Positions 22,053-31,077 of a stretch of 64,000 bases of DNA are shown piece after piece. The position numbers were made by a program, and so were the translations under genes. The notes under the pieces are model-generated. The model worked only from the letters and a program-made list of their open reading frames with translations. It did not search any database and had not been told where the DNA came from. Every line of letters starts with the position of its first letter. Position 1 is the stretch's first letter. The stretch comes from a virus (lineage: Duplodnaviria; Caudoviricetes): IMG/VR virus record IMGVR_UViG_3300027708_000016. One strand, given 5' to 3'.

Positions 22053-22680
22053 TATTTCTGTTAATCCAAATATCTACTTTGGTAAGTTTACTTCCAATTT
22101 TTGAAATAATTCTACCTAGTCTAAACCAGAATTTATTCCAATAACCCCAAGTATATTTTCTCAAAAATCTTCTAGCTTTATTGTTAAACTTTGCTTCTTC
22201 TTCGGCTAGTTTTTTCTTCCAGTATTCATCATTTTTCTTTATTTCTTCTGCGGTTTGCGACAGACGAATCTCAACTTTCCTAAGTTTTCCTTGAATGACA
22301 CCATTTACAAACTTTCCACAAAATTCTGCCCAGTACTCATTCCCTTGTTTATCAAAGAAAGAATCATAAAAATAAAGATCACCAGTAAACTTTTCAAATT
22401 TGTATTTTCTAGATTTCTCCTTGAATTCGTAGGGCCAACAGAAACGACCCTGTCTTTTGATTTTTTTCTCATCTTTTTCAGATATTACACGAACATTTTT
22501 ACCTTCAACAAATAGACCGTAAAGTTTACCGTTTTTTCTAATAACATAAGTTGACATAGTACAATCAGTATCTTTTGTTTGAAAGCTAATATCATTCCAA
22601 TTCATATTGGAAAACTTTTCTTGCTCTTTCTTGTTTAGAGGAAGAGGCAACTCACATTTAATATTATCGAACATTCCCAT
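22045..22680 (-). CDS. Conserved phage protein (MGMFD-type N-terminus)
   Basis: MGMFDNIKCELPLP...FQTKDTDC. Confidence 0.6.
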   Translation of the reverse strand: MGMFDNIKCELPLPLNKKEQEKFSNMNWNDISFQTKDTDCTMSTYVIRKNGKLYGLFVEGKNVRVISEKDEKKIKRQGRFCWPYEFKEKSRKYKFEKFTGDLYFYDSFFDKQGNEYWAEFCGKFVNGVIQGKLRKVEIRLSQTAEEIKKNDEYWKKKLAEEEAKFNNKARRFLRKYTWGYWNKFWFRLGRIISKIGSKLTKVDIWINRNIA

Positions 22681-22730
22681 TTTTTAATCTTATCAGTTTT
22701 TATTTTTTTGTCAAGTATAATTTACCATAC

Positions 22731-22803
<73 letters not shown>

Positions 22804-22807
22804 GAAA

Positions 22808-23258
22808 TGGTGGAGGCGAGGGAGAACTGCCCTCCCTGTCCTTAATATTGGTAACTATATATTCGATACAAGCTTTGACAAAATTCGTACTTTCGTTGTC
22901 TAAAGGTAACTAGGCTTTGCCAACCTATCTATGTTTAGAGACCTACCTGTATGCGTGATTAACGACCACATACCACCGCTTGCACTCTTTTACTAGTGTC
23001 ACAAGACCCACTAAAACCTATTGTTATTCCACTACCCCTAATAGGATCAGGATTGTGGTGTTTATGCTGCCATGAGGCAAAGCTCATCTTCGTTTCCGAA
23101 GAGAGACTCTGCTGCATTTGTCACGAATGACTTGACTGCTTCAACTGCATTGGTTATTGCCTTTGCGTTTATTTTTTAATCCGTTTTAAAGTAGCCACAG
23201 ATCAACTACTGCTTGCATATATAGTTTTCAACGATTAAGTCGAATCTATTACGCCCCC
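22808..23258 (-). ncRNA. ssrA: tmRNA (one-piece, about 451 nt)
   Basis: 5' GGGGGCG..GATTCGAC, 3' CGCCTCC-ACCA with G3.U70; tag ORF 23166->23062 ending LMAA*. Confidence 0.93.
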
Positions 23259-23288
23259 AAATTATACTTATCAAAGAACAAAGACTTT

Positions 23289-23365
23289 TGGTACACGAGG
23301 AGGGATTTGAACCCCCGCTAGGCAGAATGTAAATCTGCTGCTTTACCAGACTAAGCTACTCGTGC
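23289..23365 (-). tRNA. tRNA-Val(UAC)
   Basis: GCAGA-TTTACAT-TCTGC anticodon arm, CCA end. Confidence 0.9.
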
Positions 23366-23366
23366 A

Positions 23367-23906
23367 TTAAGTCCACAAATACTTACGAAGCTTCACAAGA
23401 TCTGCAAGGTATTCAGAATCTCTTTCGTGAATATCTTGTTCGACTTTAGAATACTCTTGCCAGTTATTATCAATAGATTCCAAATAATTTTGCATTTCTT
23501 TTTTACCCGTTTTAACCCATTTATAGATTTCCTGAAGTCTAAGATAATTTTTATAATGAGCATTGTAATATTCCCAAAATAAATCAACACTCCCCCATTC
23601 ATTTTTATTATACTCGTCATCCTTATGGAGAGATTTCATAATCATTTGAATTTGATCAAGACCTTTTTCCTCCTCAACAAATGATATGATAATAGCGGAA
23701 AGAACATTTTCTACGATCCCATCTAGATCTATCCAAGCTTTTGGGATAGCCTTGCGGATGGATTTATGTTGCGGATTAAAAGTATAATAAACATACCAAT
23801 ATGCTTTATCTTTAACTCTAAAAATAGACCAATAAACTTCTTCCCACCAATTAAGCTTGGTAAAAGGAAATTGTATTTTCTTAACCTTTACGTGTTCTAT
23901 ATTCAT
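23367..23906 (-). CDS. Hypothetical phage protein
   Basis: 179-aa ORF, W-rich. Confidence 0.6.
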   Translation of the reverse strand: MNIEHVKVKKIQFPFTKLNWWEEVYWSIFRVKDKAYWYVYYTFNPQHKSIRKAIPKAWIDLDGIVENVLSAIIISFVEEEKGLDQIQMIMKSLHKDDEYNKNEWGSVDLFWEYYNAHYKNYLRLQEIYKWVKTGKKEMQNYLESIDNNWQEYSKVEQDIHERDSEYLADLVKLRKYLWT

Positions 23907-24567
23907 TGTTTAGATTTTTTAGTTGTTCAGATAGTTTGTTGATGATCTTGTTTTCCCTTTCAGAAGTTCCGTTTATTTCAGTGAGATTTTCTGGATCGGC
24001 AGAAAGATAAGCTTGAATCTCATCTTCAATGACTTTAGCAGAGTATCCAATACCAAGCAAGTGTTTTTTGAATTTATTGTAAAGTTTTTCTGGAAGTTGA
24101 CTTGTAATCTTATTAGCAGCATTTTTATATGATGGATACAAATAATAAAAAGCATGGGCAACTTCATGATTTATAGTTGTTTTGTTTCCTGTTTGAGCAC
24201 CTATGAGATAATACTTCGGTGCATTTGTATCACTATTTGTAATCTTATGATCAATTTCTTGAATCACATCATCGTATTCATTTATATCTTTAAAACTATC
24301 ATGATAGCCATAACATTTATCAATGATGTGGCTAGGAACATTAAACCCTGCCCAATCAGAAGGATAGGTAAAGCAATCTTCACCCCTTCTCATAGTATAA
24401 AGTCTTTGAAATTCTGTCATTGAAAAATGCTTTCCTCTGATTTCTTTATATGGAGATTCATAGAATTCTTGAACTCTGCAAAATGTCATTGCAAGATCAT
24501 AAGAATTGTCCATAGTTACCAAGAATATATTGTGGTGAATTTCTTGTAGTTTGTATTTTACTTTCAT
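23881..24567 (-). CDS. Conserved phage protein with HExxH-like motif
   Basis: FCRVQEFYESP, WAGFNVP, NHEVAHA. Confidence 0.6.
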   Translation of the reverse strand: MKVKYKLQEIHHNIFLVTMDNSYDLAMTFCRVQEFYESPYKEIRGKHFSMTEFQRLYTMRRGEDCFTYPSDWAGFNVPSHIIDKCYGYHDSFKDINEYDDVIQEIDHKITNSDTNAPKYYLIGAQTGNKTTINHEVAHAFYYLYPSYKNAANKITSQLPEKLYNKFKKHLLGIGYSAKVIEDEIQAYLSADPENLTEINGTSERENKIINKLSEQLKNLNNEYRTRKG

Positions 24568-24593
24568 CTTTTATAAGTATAGAAGTAATTATT

Positions 24594-25034
24594 ATGCTTG
24601 TCAATCTTAAAGAACTCAGTATTAAATTAGCCGATAAAATTGCGGAGTTTATAGGATCTTGGAGATTTATTATAATTCAATCGACCATACTGACGATATG
24701 GTTAATCGTAAATATATTAGGATTGTGTCATTTTGATCCTTATCCCTTTATTCTTCTGAATCTTTTTCTTTCTTTTGAAGCTGCTTATGCCACGCCTTTA
24801 ATTCTAATGTCATCCACAAGGCAATCAGAAAAAGATAGAGCGCACCTGTTACATGATGTTGAGTTAGATCAAAATGCATACAATCTAATGCTTCAGTTAC
24901 ATGAAGTTTTAATTCAATTAAAAGATGATTTAAGGTTAGATGAGAAAGCACTAGAAGATCATAGTAAATTAAAAGATGATCATAGTCAACTCAAAAAAGA
25001 GTTAGAAGAGATTAAAAAATTACTTCAGAAATAA
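24594..25034 (+). CDS. DUF1003-like membrane protein
   Basis: GSWRFII, FDPYPFILLNLFLSFEAAYATPLILMS signature. Confidence 0.9.
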   Translation: MLVNLKELSIKLADKIAEFIGSWRFIIIQSTILTIWLIVNILGLCHFDPYPFILLNLFLSFEAAYATPLILMSSTRQSEKDRAHLLHDVELDQNAYNLMLQLHEVLIQLKDDLRLDEKALEDHSKLKDDHSQLKKELEEIKKLLQK

Positions 25035-25036
25035 AA

Positions 25037-25121
25037 TGGTGGGCAGAGAAGGACTCGAACCTTCGAACTCCAAGGAGAGGAGATTTACAGTCTCCAGCAA
25101 TTGCCGCTATGCGATCTACCC
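25037..25121 (-). tRNA. tRNA-Tyr(GUA)
   Basis: GGAGA-CTGTAAA-TCTCC, long variable arm, CCA. Confidence 0.92.
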
Positions 25122-25129
25122 ATTAAAAA

Positions 25130-25201
25130 GCTGCCTCGTAAGGACTTGAACCTTAACAAAGAGATTCAAAGTCTCTCGTGCTACCATTACACCACAAGGC
25201 A
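25130..25201 (-). tRNA. tRNA-Gln(UUG), no encoded CCA
   Basis: AGAGA-CTTTGAA-TCTCT; U1-A72. Confidence 0.88.
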
Positions 25202-25899
25202 ATATTTTTAAATTATTCTTTTATCATCATCCAAAGGAATTGGTTCATGCCAAATCCTATTATCTTCAACTTGATATCCTCTTTCCTTTAAATCTTTGAT
25301 TGTTTTATCTTTATTATCATCCCAATTAAGAAAAAACAAATCTTTTAGTTTATCTTCAAACCAATTAATTCTTGGTTTGTTTTTATTGAAATGAACAATA
25401 TGAGTTGGTGTATAATTCCATGACCATTTAATTTCATACCATTGAAACATTACAAATCTTTTAAATCTTTCCCAAGGAGTAGAACTTTTATTTTTAATAA
25501 AATAAAGACCATCTTCTGTATATTTTTTATATGTTTTAAAATCAAATGGACGATAACTACTATATTTTATATTGTTTAAAACAATCCAAACAGATTTAAC
25601 TCTATTTTTCCAAGTGTATTCCATACTTGGATTAAGGCGGCAATCTTGTTCAATCGTATTTCTAAATACTTTAGAAACATCAGCAACAGTTCTGGTCTCG
25701 TTATGCTTTGCAAGATATTCGTTTACATCCACATTATCTTCTTTACAGATTTCAGCGAGGTAATCTTTCACAGTTGGAATTACCATAGTTTCACCTTGTT
25801 TACCAGTTTCAACTGGCAAACTTTTAAATGCACTTGATGTAGAATTGCTCATATCTATACTTTAGCACAATTACTAAAGAAAGCAATACAAATTTAATT

Positions 25900-26268
25900 T
25901 TAAGCGTTATATGCGACTACACTACCACTAGCTAACTTTATTGCACCAAATGAACCATTAATGGTAAAAGATGCGGGAAAGGTTGGAACATTAATTGCAC
26001 TAACAGTAACACCGTTTGTACCAGTTAAACCTGAAATTGTTGTTGCTGCAATTGTTTGAATTGCAGCAAAATTACCAGTTACTGTATTTGTTGTTGCTAT
26101 TACTGTAATTCCATTACTACCTAAAGAGTTTACCTTGTATATTGCCTGTGCAAATAATGGTCTATTTAAATCATTGTTAACATCAACCCAAGAATAATTT
26201 TGAGCCGCATTTGGGTTTGGGATTTGCGTAACACCAGAAACAGTTGGATAGTATGTAGAATAATTCAT
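25900..26268 (-). CDS. Late, probably structural protein
   Basis: TAAATA upstream; T/G/S-rich; shares motif with 40435..41649. Confidence 0.55.
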   Translation of the reverse strand: MNYSTYYPTVSGVTQIPNPNAAQNYSWVDVNNDLNRPLFAQAIYKVNSLGSNGITVIATTNTVTGNFAAIQTIAATTISGLTGTNGVTVSAINVPTFPASFTINGSFGAIKLASGSVVAYNA

Positions 26269-26286
26269 ATATAATATTTACTATAT

Positions 26287-27009
26287 TTAGGCTTTTTTGT
26301 TTTTATTTAACCACTGAGTAGTTAAGAATTGACCAGTTGGGGTTGTTTTATTTGTTAAAGGTGTACTTAACTTTGGTTGTCTTGTTGCCTTATCTGTTCC
26401 CATAACCTGATGCCAGTTACGATCCTTAAACATATACTGTTTTACGGGTTTAGTGTTTGTTGAATATGTTGCATTGTTTGGTATACCACCATTCATTTTT
26501 TCTAATGTTGAAGCAGCAGCTTCATCTGAAGGTGCGTACTCTTCTTTTTCCTCTGTACTTGGTTCAGTATCCGTTGTTAATGGTGTAGTTTCCTTTGGTA
26601 CTTCGGATGTGGGAGGCTTTGTAATTGGTTCTGGTGCCTCTGTTTCTGTTGGTTCAATACCTACCTTTGTGGCAATAAAATCACCAAGCGACTTTGTTAA
26701 AGTAGCGGTATCTTCATCTGTTGCTTTATAATCTTTTCCAAGAACGCCCAATGATACAAGATCGTTTAATGCATTTTTAACTATTGATTTGATAATATTT
26801 TCCCTTTTACCTTGTTTATAAACATCTGATGCACTTATTTCATTACCCTTGCCACCACTAAGAGCACTATTTAATCCCTTTCCGTATTGTTTTGATGCAT
26901 CATATGCTGCTTTTACTCTTGCACCAGTTTGACGAAAAATCCCTTCTTCAAGTGGTTTATTGTAAACTTGTGAATATGCTTCTGATATAGATGTAAACTT
27001 TTCGCTCAT
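26287..27009 (-). CDS. Late protein with EAY motif
   Basis: MSEKFTSISEAYSQVYNKPLEE; TAAGTA upstream. Confidence 0.65.
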   Translation of the reverse strand: MSEKFTSISEAYSQVYNKPLEEGIFRQTGARVKAAYDASKQYGKGLNSALSGGKGNEISASDVYKQGKRENIIKSIVKNALNDLVSLGVLGKDYKATDEDTATLTKSLGDFIATKVGIEPTETEAPEPITKPPTSEVPKETTPLTTDTEPSTEEKEEYAPSDEAAASTLEKMNGGIPNNATYSTNTKPVKQYMFKDRNWHQVMGTDKATRQPKLSTPLTNKTTPTGQFLTTQWLNKNKKA

Positions 27010-27052
27010 ATAGAATATACTTATTCAGTATATTAACATTTTCAAAGTAAAA

Positions 27053-27082
27053 TGGCTGTCGAGGTAGGATTCGAACCTACAA
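27053..27082 (-). pseudogene. Orphan tRNA 3' fragment (T-arm + acceptor 3' strand + CCA)
   Basis: Minus strand GTAGG-TTCGAAT-CCTAC-CTCGACA-G-CCA; no 5' half seen. Confidence 0.75.
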
Positions 27083-27128
27083 CAAAAAAATATTTTATTT
27101 TATGTATTATTTTCGAGTAAATATTATT

Positions 27129-27644
27129 ATGAAAAAATGTTTAACTTGTCAAAAAACTCTCATAGGAAAATATAAAAAGAAATTCTGTAACGCTTCATGT
27201 GCTGCAAAGACAAATAATAAAATACCTAAAAGAAAAAAAGAAGGTGATTTAAAATTTTGTTTAAATTGTAATAAAGAATTTTATATAAGTCCTAGCAAAG
27301 GTAAAGGAAAATATTGTAGCATTAATTGTATGCATGAACATTATAATAAAGAATTTGATAATGAAATAGAAAATCTTTTTAATTTAGGTAAACTAAAATA
27401 TAGAGATAAAATAAAAAGAATTCTTTTAAAAAAAAACGGACATAAATGTTTATCGTGTGGATTAACTGAATGGAATAATCAACCAATACCTTTATGGGTT
27501 GATCATATTGATGGATGTGCAAATAATAATAATCCAGAAAATCTAAGACTTGTTTGTTTAAATTGTGATGCTCTATCTAAAACTTTTGGTGGTAAAAATA
27601 GAGGCAACGGAAGAAGATCTTTAGGACTTAGACCTTGGGATTAA
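27129..27644 (+). CDS. Free-standing HNH homing endonuclease with zinc-binding repeats
   Basis: CxxC/FCxxxC repeats; VDHIDG..NNNPENLRLVCLNC; antisense to tRNA operon; TAAATA upstream. Confidence 0.88.
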   Translation: MKKCLTCQKTLIGKYKKKFCNASCAAKTNNKIPKRKKEGDLKFCLNCNKEFYISPSKGKGKYCSINCMHEHYNKEFDNEIENLFNLGKLKYRDKIKRILLKKNGHKCLSCGLTEWNNQPIPLWVDHIDGCANNNNPENLRLVCLNCDALSKTFGGKNRGNGRRSLGLRPWD

Positions 27645-27649
27645 AAAAG

Positions 27650-27723
27650 CTCCACTGGCTAGAGTCGAACTAGCATGATGAACAAATTAACAGTTTGCTG
27701 GCTTACCATTAGCCCACAGTGGA
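27650..27723 (-). tRNA. tRNA-Asn(GUU), no encoded CCA
   Basis: GCAAA-CTGTTAA-TTTGT; TCCACTG/CAGTGGA. Confidence 0.88.
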
Positions 27724-27730
27724 ATAAAAT

Positions 27731-27805
27731 TGGTCGAGCACCCCAGTTACGCTCCGGGTATATCAAAGTCCCAAACTTTGCGGATTACTATCTTCCTCGT
27801 GCTCG
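27731..27805 (-). tRNA. tRNA-Pro(UGG), non-canonical T-loop
   Basis: CAAAG-TTTGGGA-CTTTG; CGAGCAC/GTGCTCG-ACCA; T-loop AGCGTAA. Confidence 0.8.
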
Positions 27806-27820
27806 TACATATTAATTATC

Positions 27821-28087
27821 TCAACCGCCAGCTATTGCTGGAACTATTGAAATTACATCCTCATCTTTAATCTCCTGTGTATCTAAAAATCTCATATCCT
27901 CATCGTTTACAAAAATATTAATGAATCTACGAACCTCATTATTTTCGTCGTAGATTCTTTCCTTTAGATCTGGATATGACAAGCAAAGAAGTACCAAACA
28001 TTCATCAAGAGTTTTTCCGAAACTTTTGATCTCTTCACTTCCACCTACTAATTTTCTCAAAGGTGTTGGGATTCGTATAATTGCCAT
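27821..28087 (-). CDS. MoaD/ThiS-family ubiquitin-like protein
   Basis: IRIPTPLRKL, FINIFVNDED, ends IVPAIAGG. Confidence 0.92.
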   Translation of the reverse strand: MAIIRIPTPLRKLVGGSEEIKSFGKTLDECLVLLCLSYPDLKERIYDENNEVRRFINIFVNDEDMRFLDTQEIKDEDVISIVPAIAGG

Positions 28088-28138
28088 TTATATATCTTAT
28101 GGAAAACTTAAAATTAATCAAGTAAAAAATAAAAAAAT

Positions 28139-28222
28139 CGGGTGACTGAGGTATCGATCCCCATGCCTTTCAGCACCGCTAGTTTTCAAGACTAGGTTTA
28201 ACGCCAGTTAAATTAATCACCC
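28139..28222 (-). tRNA. tRNA-Ser(UGA)
   Basis: CTAGT-CTTGAAA-ACTAG, long variable arm. Confidence 0.85.
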
Positions 28223-28229
28223 TAAAAAA

Positions 28230-28307
28230 TGGAGCGTCAGACAGGATTTGCACCTGTGGCTTTAGAGTTTTGCAGACTCTTCCTTTGGGCTTCTCAGGCA
28301 CTGACGC
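28230..28307 (-). tRNA. tRNA-Cys(GCA)
   Basis: AGAGT-CTGCAAA-ACTCT; GCGTCAG/CTGACGC-TCCA. Confidence 0.85.
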
Positions 28308-28316
28308 ATTAAAATT

Positions 28317-28405
28317 TGGAAGGAGCGGTGGGATTCAAACCCACGGAACCTTTTGGGTTCTTCCGATTAGTAATCGGATACTTTAAATCACTCAGTCACG
28401 CTCCC
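28317..28405 (-). tRNA. tRNA-Ser-like with ACU anticodon
   Basis: TCCGA-TTACTAA-TCGGA, long variable arm GAACCC-AAAA-GGTTC, CCA. Confidence 0.8.
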
Positions 28406-28698
28406 ACTTTTAATAACTTATCACATTTGGAATATTTGTAAAGAAAAGAAACGTGGTATTCAGAGATTTTATTGCGCAATTCGTTCTCTTATCAACTGAT
28501 CCCCAACGTGGAACGTTAAGTTTCGGTCTAGCTAGATATTTTTCAAATCAGATGTGTCAACACTCTCGTAGCTTCGTTCTACATCCTAGATAAAACTTCT
28601 AATCACCAATCTAGCAACTCGGTTTTACCTTATTCTGGTAATGTGCTACCTACCAGACGTATTAATATCTTATCGAAAATATTATCAATGTAAAGAAA

Positions 28699-29301
28699 TT
28701 AATTTACAATATTATCAGCAAATGCTAATTCACCTAAAAAAGTTACTGAAATATTATAAGAATTGTTTAGTATAAGACTTTGATCAGGATAAAGAATCGT
28801 ATTATCTGCTGGTGTAGCATAATCACCCTCTACAACTCCATTAGATATATAAATGTATGGAATTGATCCATCACCATATGGTATGGAAAGAGCATCTGAA
28901 TAATCAGAAAATCCAGTAGAATTTTTTACAATTTCTCCAAGAGTTACATGGGGTCTTATGCTTATAGAAATAGTCAGTCCTTGCTGACTAATTGGAATAT
29001 TTGAAACCGTTATAATTTTATTTGAATAAGATACTATATCGAATATAGAACCATCGGATAATTCCACATAATAAGGTTGGGATATATCCATTGTAATTTG
29101 ACTATTGATAGTAATGGTAGAACCATTAACTAATCCATTGCCAATGTATATCGGTTGGTTTATAAAGGGAGAATTAATAAAATTAACGCCACCTTCCATA
29201 TGAATAGTATTATAACCAAGTATTGGTGTATATGCAGTTGATGTTTGAGCATTAGCATTTAAAACTAACAATAACAATACTAAAAAATATTTCATTCTCA
29301 T
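28699..29301 (-). CDS. Secreted protein resembling the Verrucomicrobia TIGR02597 family
   Basis: Signal peptide then TAYTPILGYNTI...NFINSPF, YYVEL..G..FDI, HVTLGEI; recalled resemblance only. Confidence 0.5.
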   Translation of the reverse strand: MRMKYFLVLLLLVLNANAQTSTAYTPILGYNTIHMEGGVNFINSPFINQPIYIGNGLVNGSTITINSQITMDISQPYYVELSDGSIFDIVSYSNKIITVSNIPISQQGLTISISIRPHVTLGEIVKNSTGFSDYSDALSIPYGDGSIPYIYISNGVVEGDYATPADNTILYPDQSLILNNSYNISVTFLGELAFADNIVN

Positions 29302-29351
29302 TAGACAATATTAACACTATTAATGCTCATTAAATTACTAAATATTAAAGA

Positions 29352-30284
29352 GTGAAAGATAAAGATACAAATTTAATAGCCGAAGCATATTCAAAAATTG
29401 AGGTTATTTCTGAACAAAGAGATTCTCAATTTTGGTATAAGTGGCTTGAAAATTATAGAAATCCTAGTGGATATAATGATTATAAACATTACACTAAAAA
29501 TGCTGATAACAGCATTAAAATTAATGGTTCTGTTGATTTAAGTGAAATGGGAATCACTTCTTTATCGGAAATACCTTTTAAAATTAAAGAAGTTAACGGT
29601 AACTTTATAGTAAGAGGTAACAATTTAACTTCTTTGGAAGGTTGCCCAGAAATAGTTACTTTTAGATTTGATTGTTCTGAAAACAATTTGAGCAGTTTAG
29701 AGGGTTCACCGAAATTTGTAATTGAGCAACAATATACTTCTTTTAATGAATATAATTGTAGCAAAAATATAAATTTAACATCATTGAAAGGAATGCCTTC
29801 TTCTGTAGGGGGTGAAATAAATGCTGATAAGTGTAATCTATTATCTTTAGAAGGAATGCCCGATTATTGTGGGTGTTTAAAAATTAATAGTAATAGACAT
29901 TTACAATCATTAGTAGGCGCACCTCAAAAAGTAAAATTATATATTGATTGTTCAGAGTGTGATCTTATAAATTTAATAGGGTGTCCACAGGAAGTTAGAA
30001 TTATATTTTGTTCTCTTAATAAAAATTTAATATCATTAGAAGGTGCGCCCAAAAAACTAAAATCAATATCAAAAGACGAAACTCAATTTCATTGTTTTGG
30101 CTGTGATAAGTTAAAATCTTTAGAATTCTTACCAGAAGCAGACAAGTATAACTTAGGCTTTGAATTGGAAAAACAATTAGAAGAAATAAAAAAACAAAGA
30201 AAAATTGATAAAATGGCTGGTGAAATATCAGATGATCCAAATGATGTATTTGTTAAAACATTTAAAGATTTCAGTAAGTTTTAA
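29352..30284 (+). CDS. LRR-like repeat protein (LTSLEGxP repeats) with EAY N-terminus
   Basis: About 9 repeats of N.L.SL.G.P; MKDKDTNLIAEAYSKI; GTG start; TAAATA upstream. Confidence 0.8.
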   Translation: MKDKDTNLIAEAYSKIEVISEQRDSQFWYKWLENYRNPSGYNDYKHYTKNADNSIKINGSVDLSEMGITSLSEIPFKIKEVNGNFIVRGNNLTSLEGCPEIVTFRFDCSENNLSSLEGSPKFVIEQQYTSFNEYNCSKNINLTSLKGMPSSVGGEINADKCNLLSLEGMPDYCGCLKINSNRHLQSLVGAPQKVKLYIDCSECDLINLIGCPQEVRIIFCSLNKNLISLEGAPKKLKSISKDETQFHCFGCDKLKSLEFLPEADKYNLGFELEKQLEEIKKQRKIDKMAGEISDDPNDVFVKTFKDFSKF

Positions 30285-30300
30285 GGTATAAGTATAAAAT

Positions 30301-31077
30301 ATGGCAAGAGACCCAAAAGATATTTTAAAAAGTTACAAATATAAAGTCGATAAAGATGGTATTATTATCTATGGTGACTTTATGTTTAATGGAAACGGTT
30401 GGGGTGGAACTTTGCCTTTTAAAATTAAAGCTGTTCAAGAAACCGATAACGAATATGGTAATTTAAGATTGGTTTATGCGAGTAATTTCACAAATTGCCC
30501 CAAAGAAATTGATGGCGATTTGTTACTCGATCAATGTGTAATAAAAAGCTTTAAAGGTTGTCCTGTGCCTAAAATGGATTATGGTATTGGTACTAATTCA
30601 CATTTGGATAATTTTATTGGTATGCCAACCAAAATAAGTGGATCTATATTTGCGTATCACACAACAATAACGTCTCTTCAGGGTTCACCAAAAGAAGTTG
30701 GTGGATCGTTTTTAGTTGGAAATACTAAGATTACTAGCTTGGTTGGGGGACCAGAAATGGTAGGATTTTCGGGAATTGAAAACAACCCTAAAGGTGACGG
30801 AATTATCTATGACATATCAAATTGTCATGGTTTAACTTCATTTGAAGGAGCACCAAAACAAATTAATGGTACTTTCTGTTTTGACAATTGTAAAGGTATT
30901 AAGTCATTAGCTGGAATACCAGAAGCAAAAAATTATAGTTACAAGAATACAAACTTTACAGAAGAAGACTTCAAACAATTTACAGAAGTTGAAAAATCAG
31001 CAAAAGAACTTGCAAGTTCTGGTACAGAAAATGCAGAAGCGTTTGCTGACGTATTTAGAGACTTTAATAACTTCTAA
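30301..31077 (+). CDS. LRR-like repeat protein (paralog)
   Basis: ITSLQGSP, ITSLVGGP, LTSFEGAP repeats; TATAAGTA upstream. Confidence 0.75.
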   Translation: MARDPKDILKSYKYKVDKDGIIIYGDFMFNGNGWGGTLPFKIKAVQETDNEYGNLRLVYASNFTNCPKEIDGDLLLDQCVIKSFKGCPVPKMDYGIGTNSHLDNFIGMPTKISGSIFAYHTTITSLQGSPKEVGGSFLVGNTKITSLVGGPEMVGFSGIENNPKGDGIIYDISNCHGLTSFEGAPKQINGTFCFDNCKGIKSLAGIPEAKNYSYKNTNFTEEDFKQFTEVEKSAKELASSGTENAEAFADVFRDFNNF

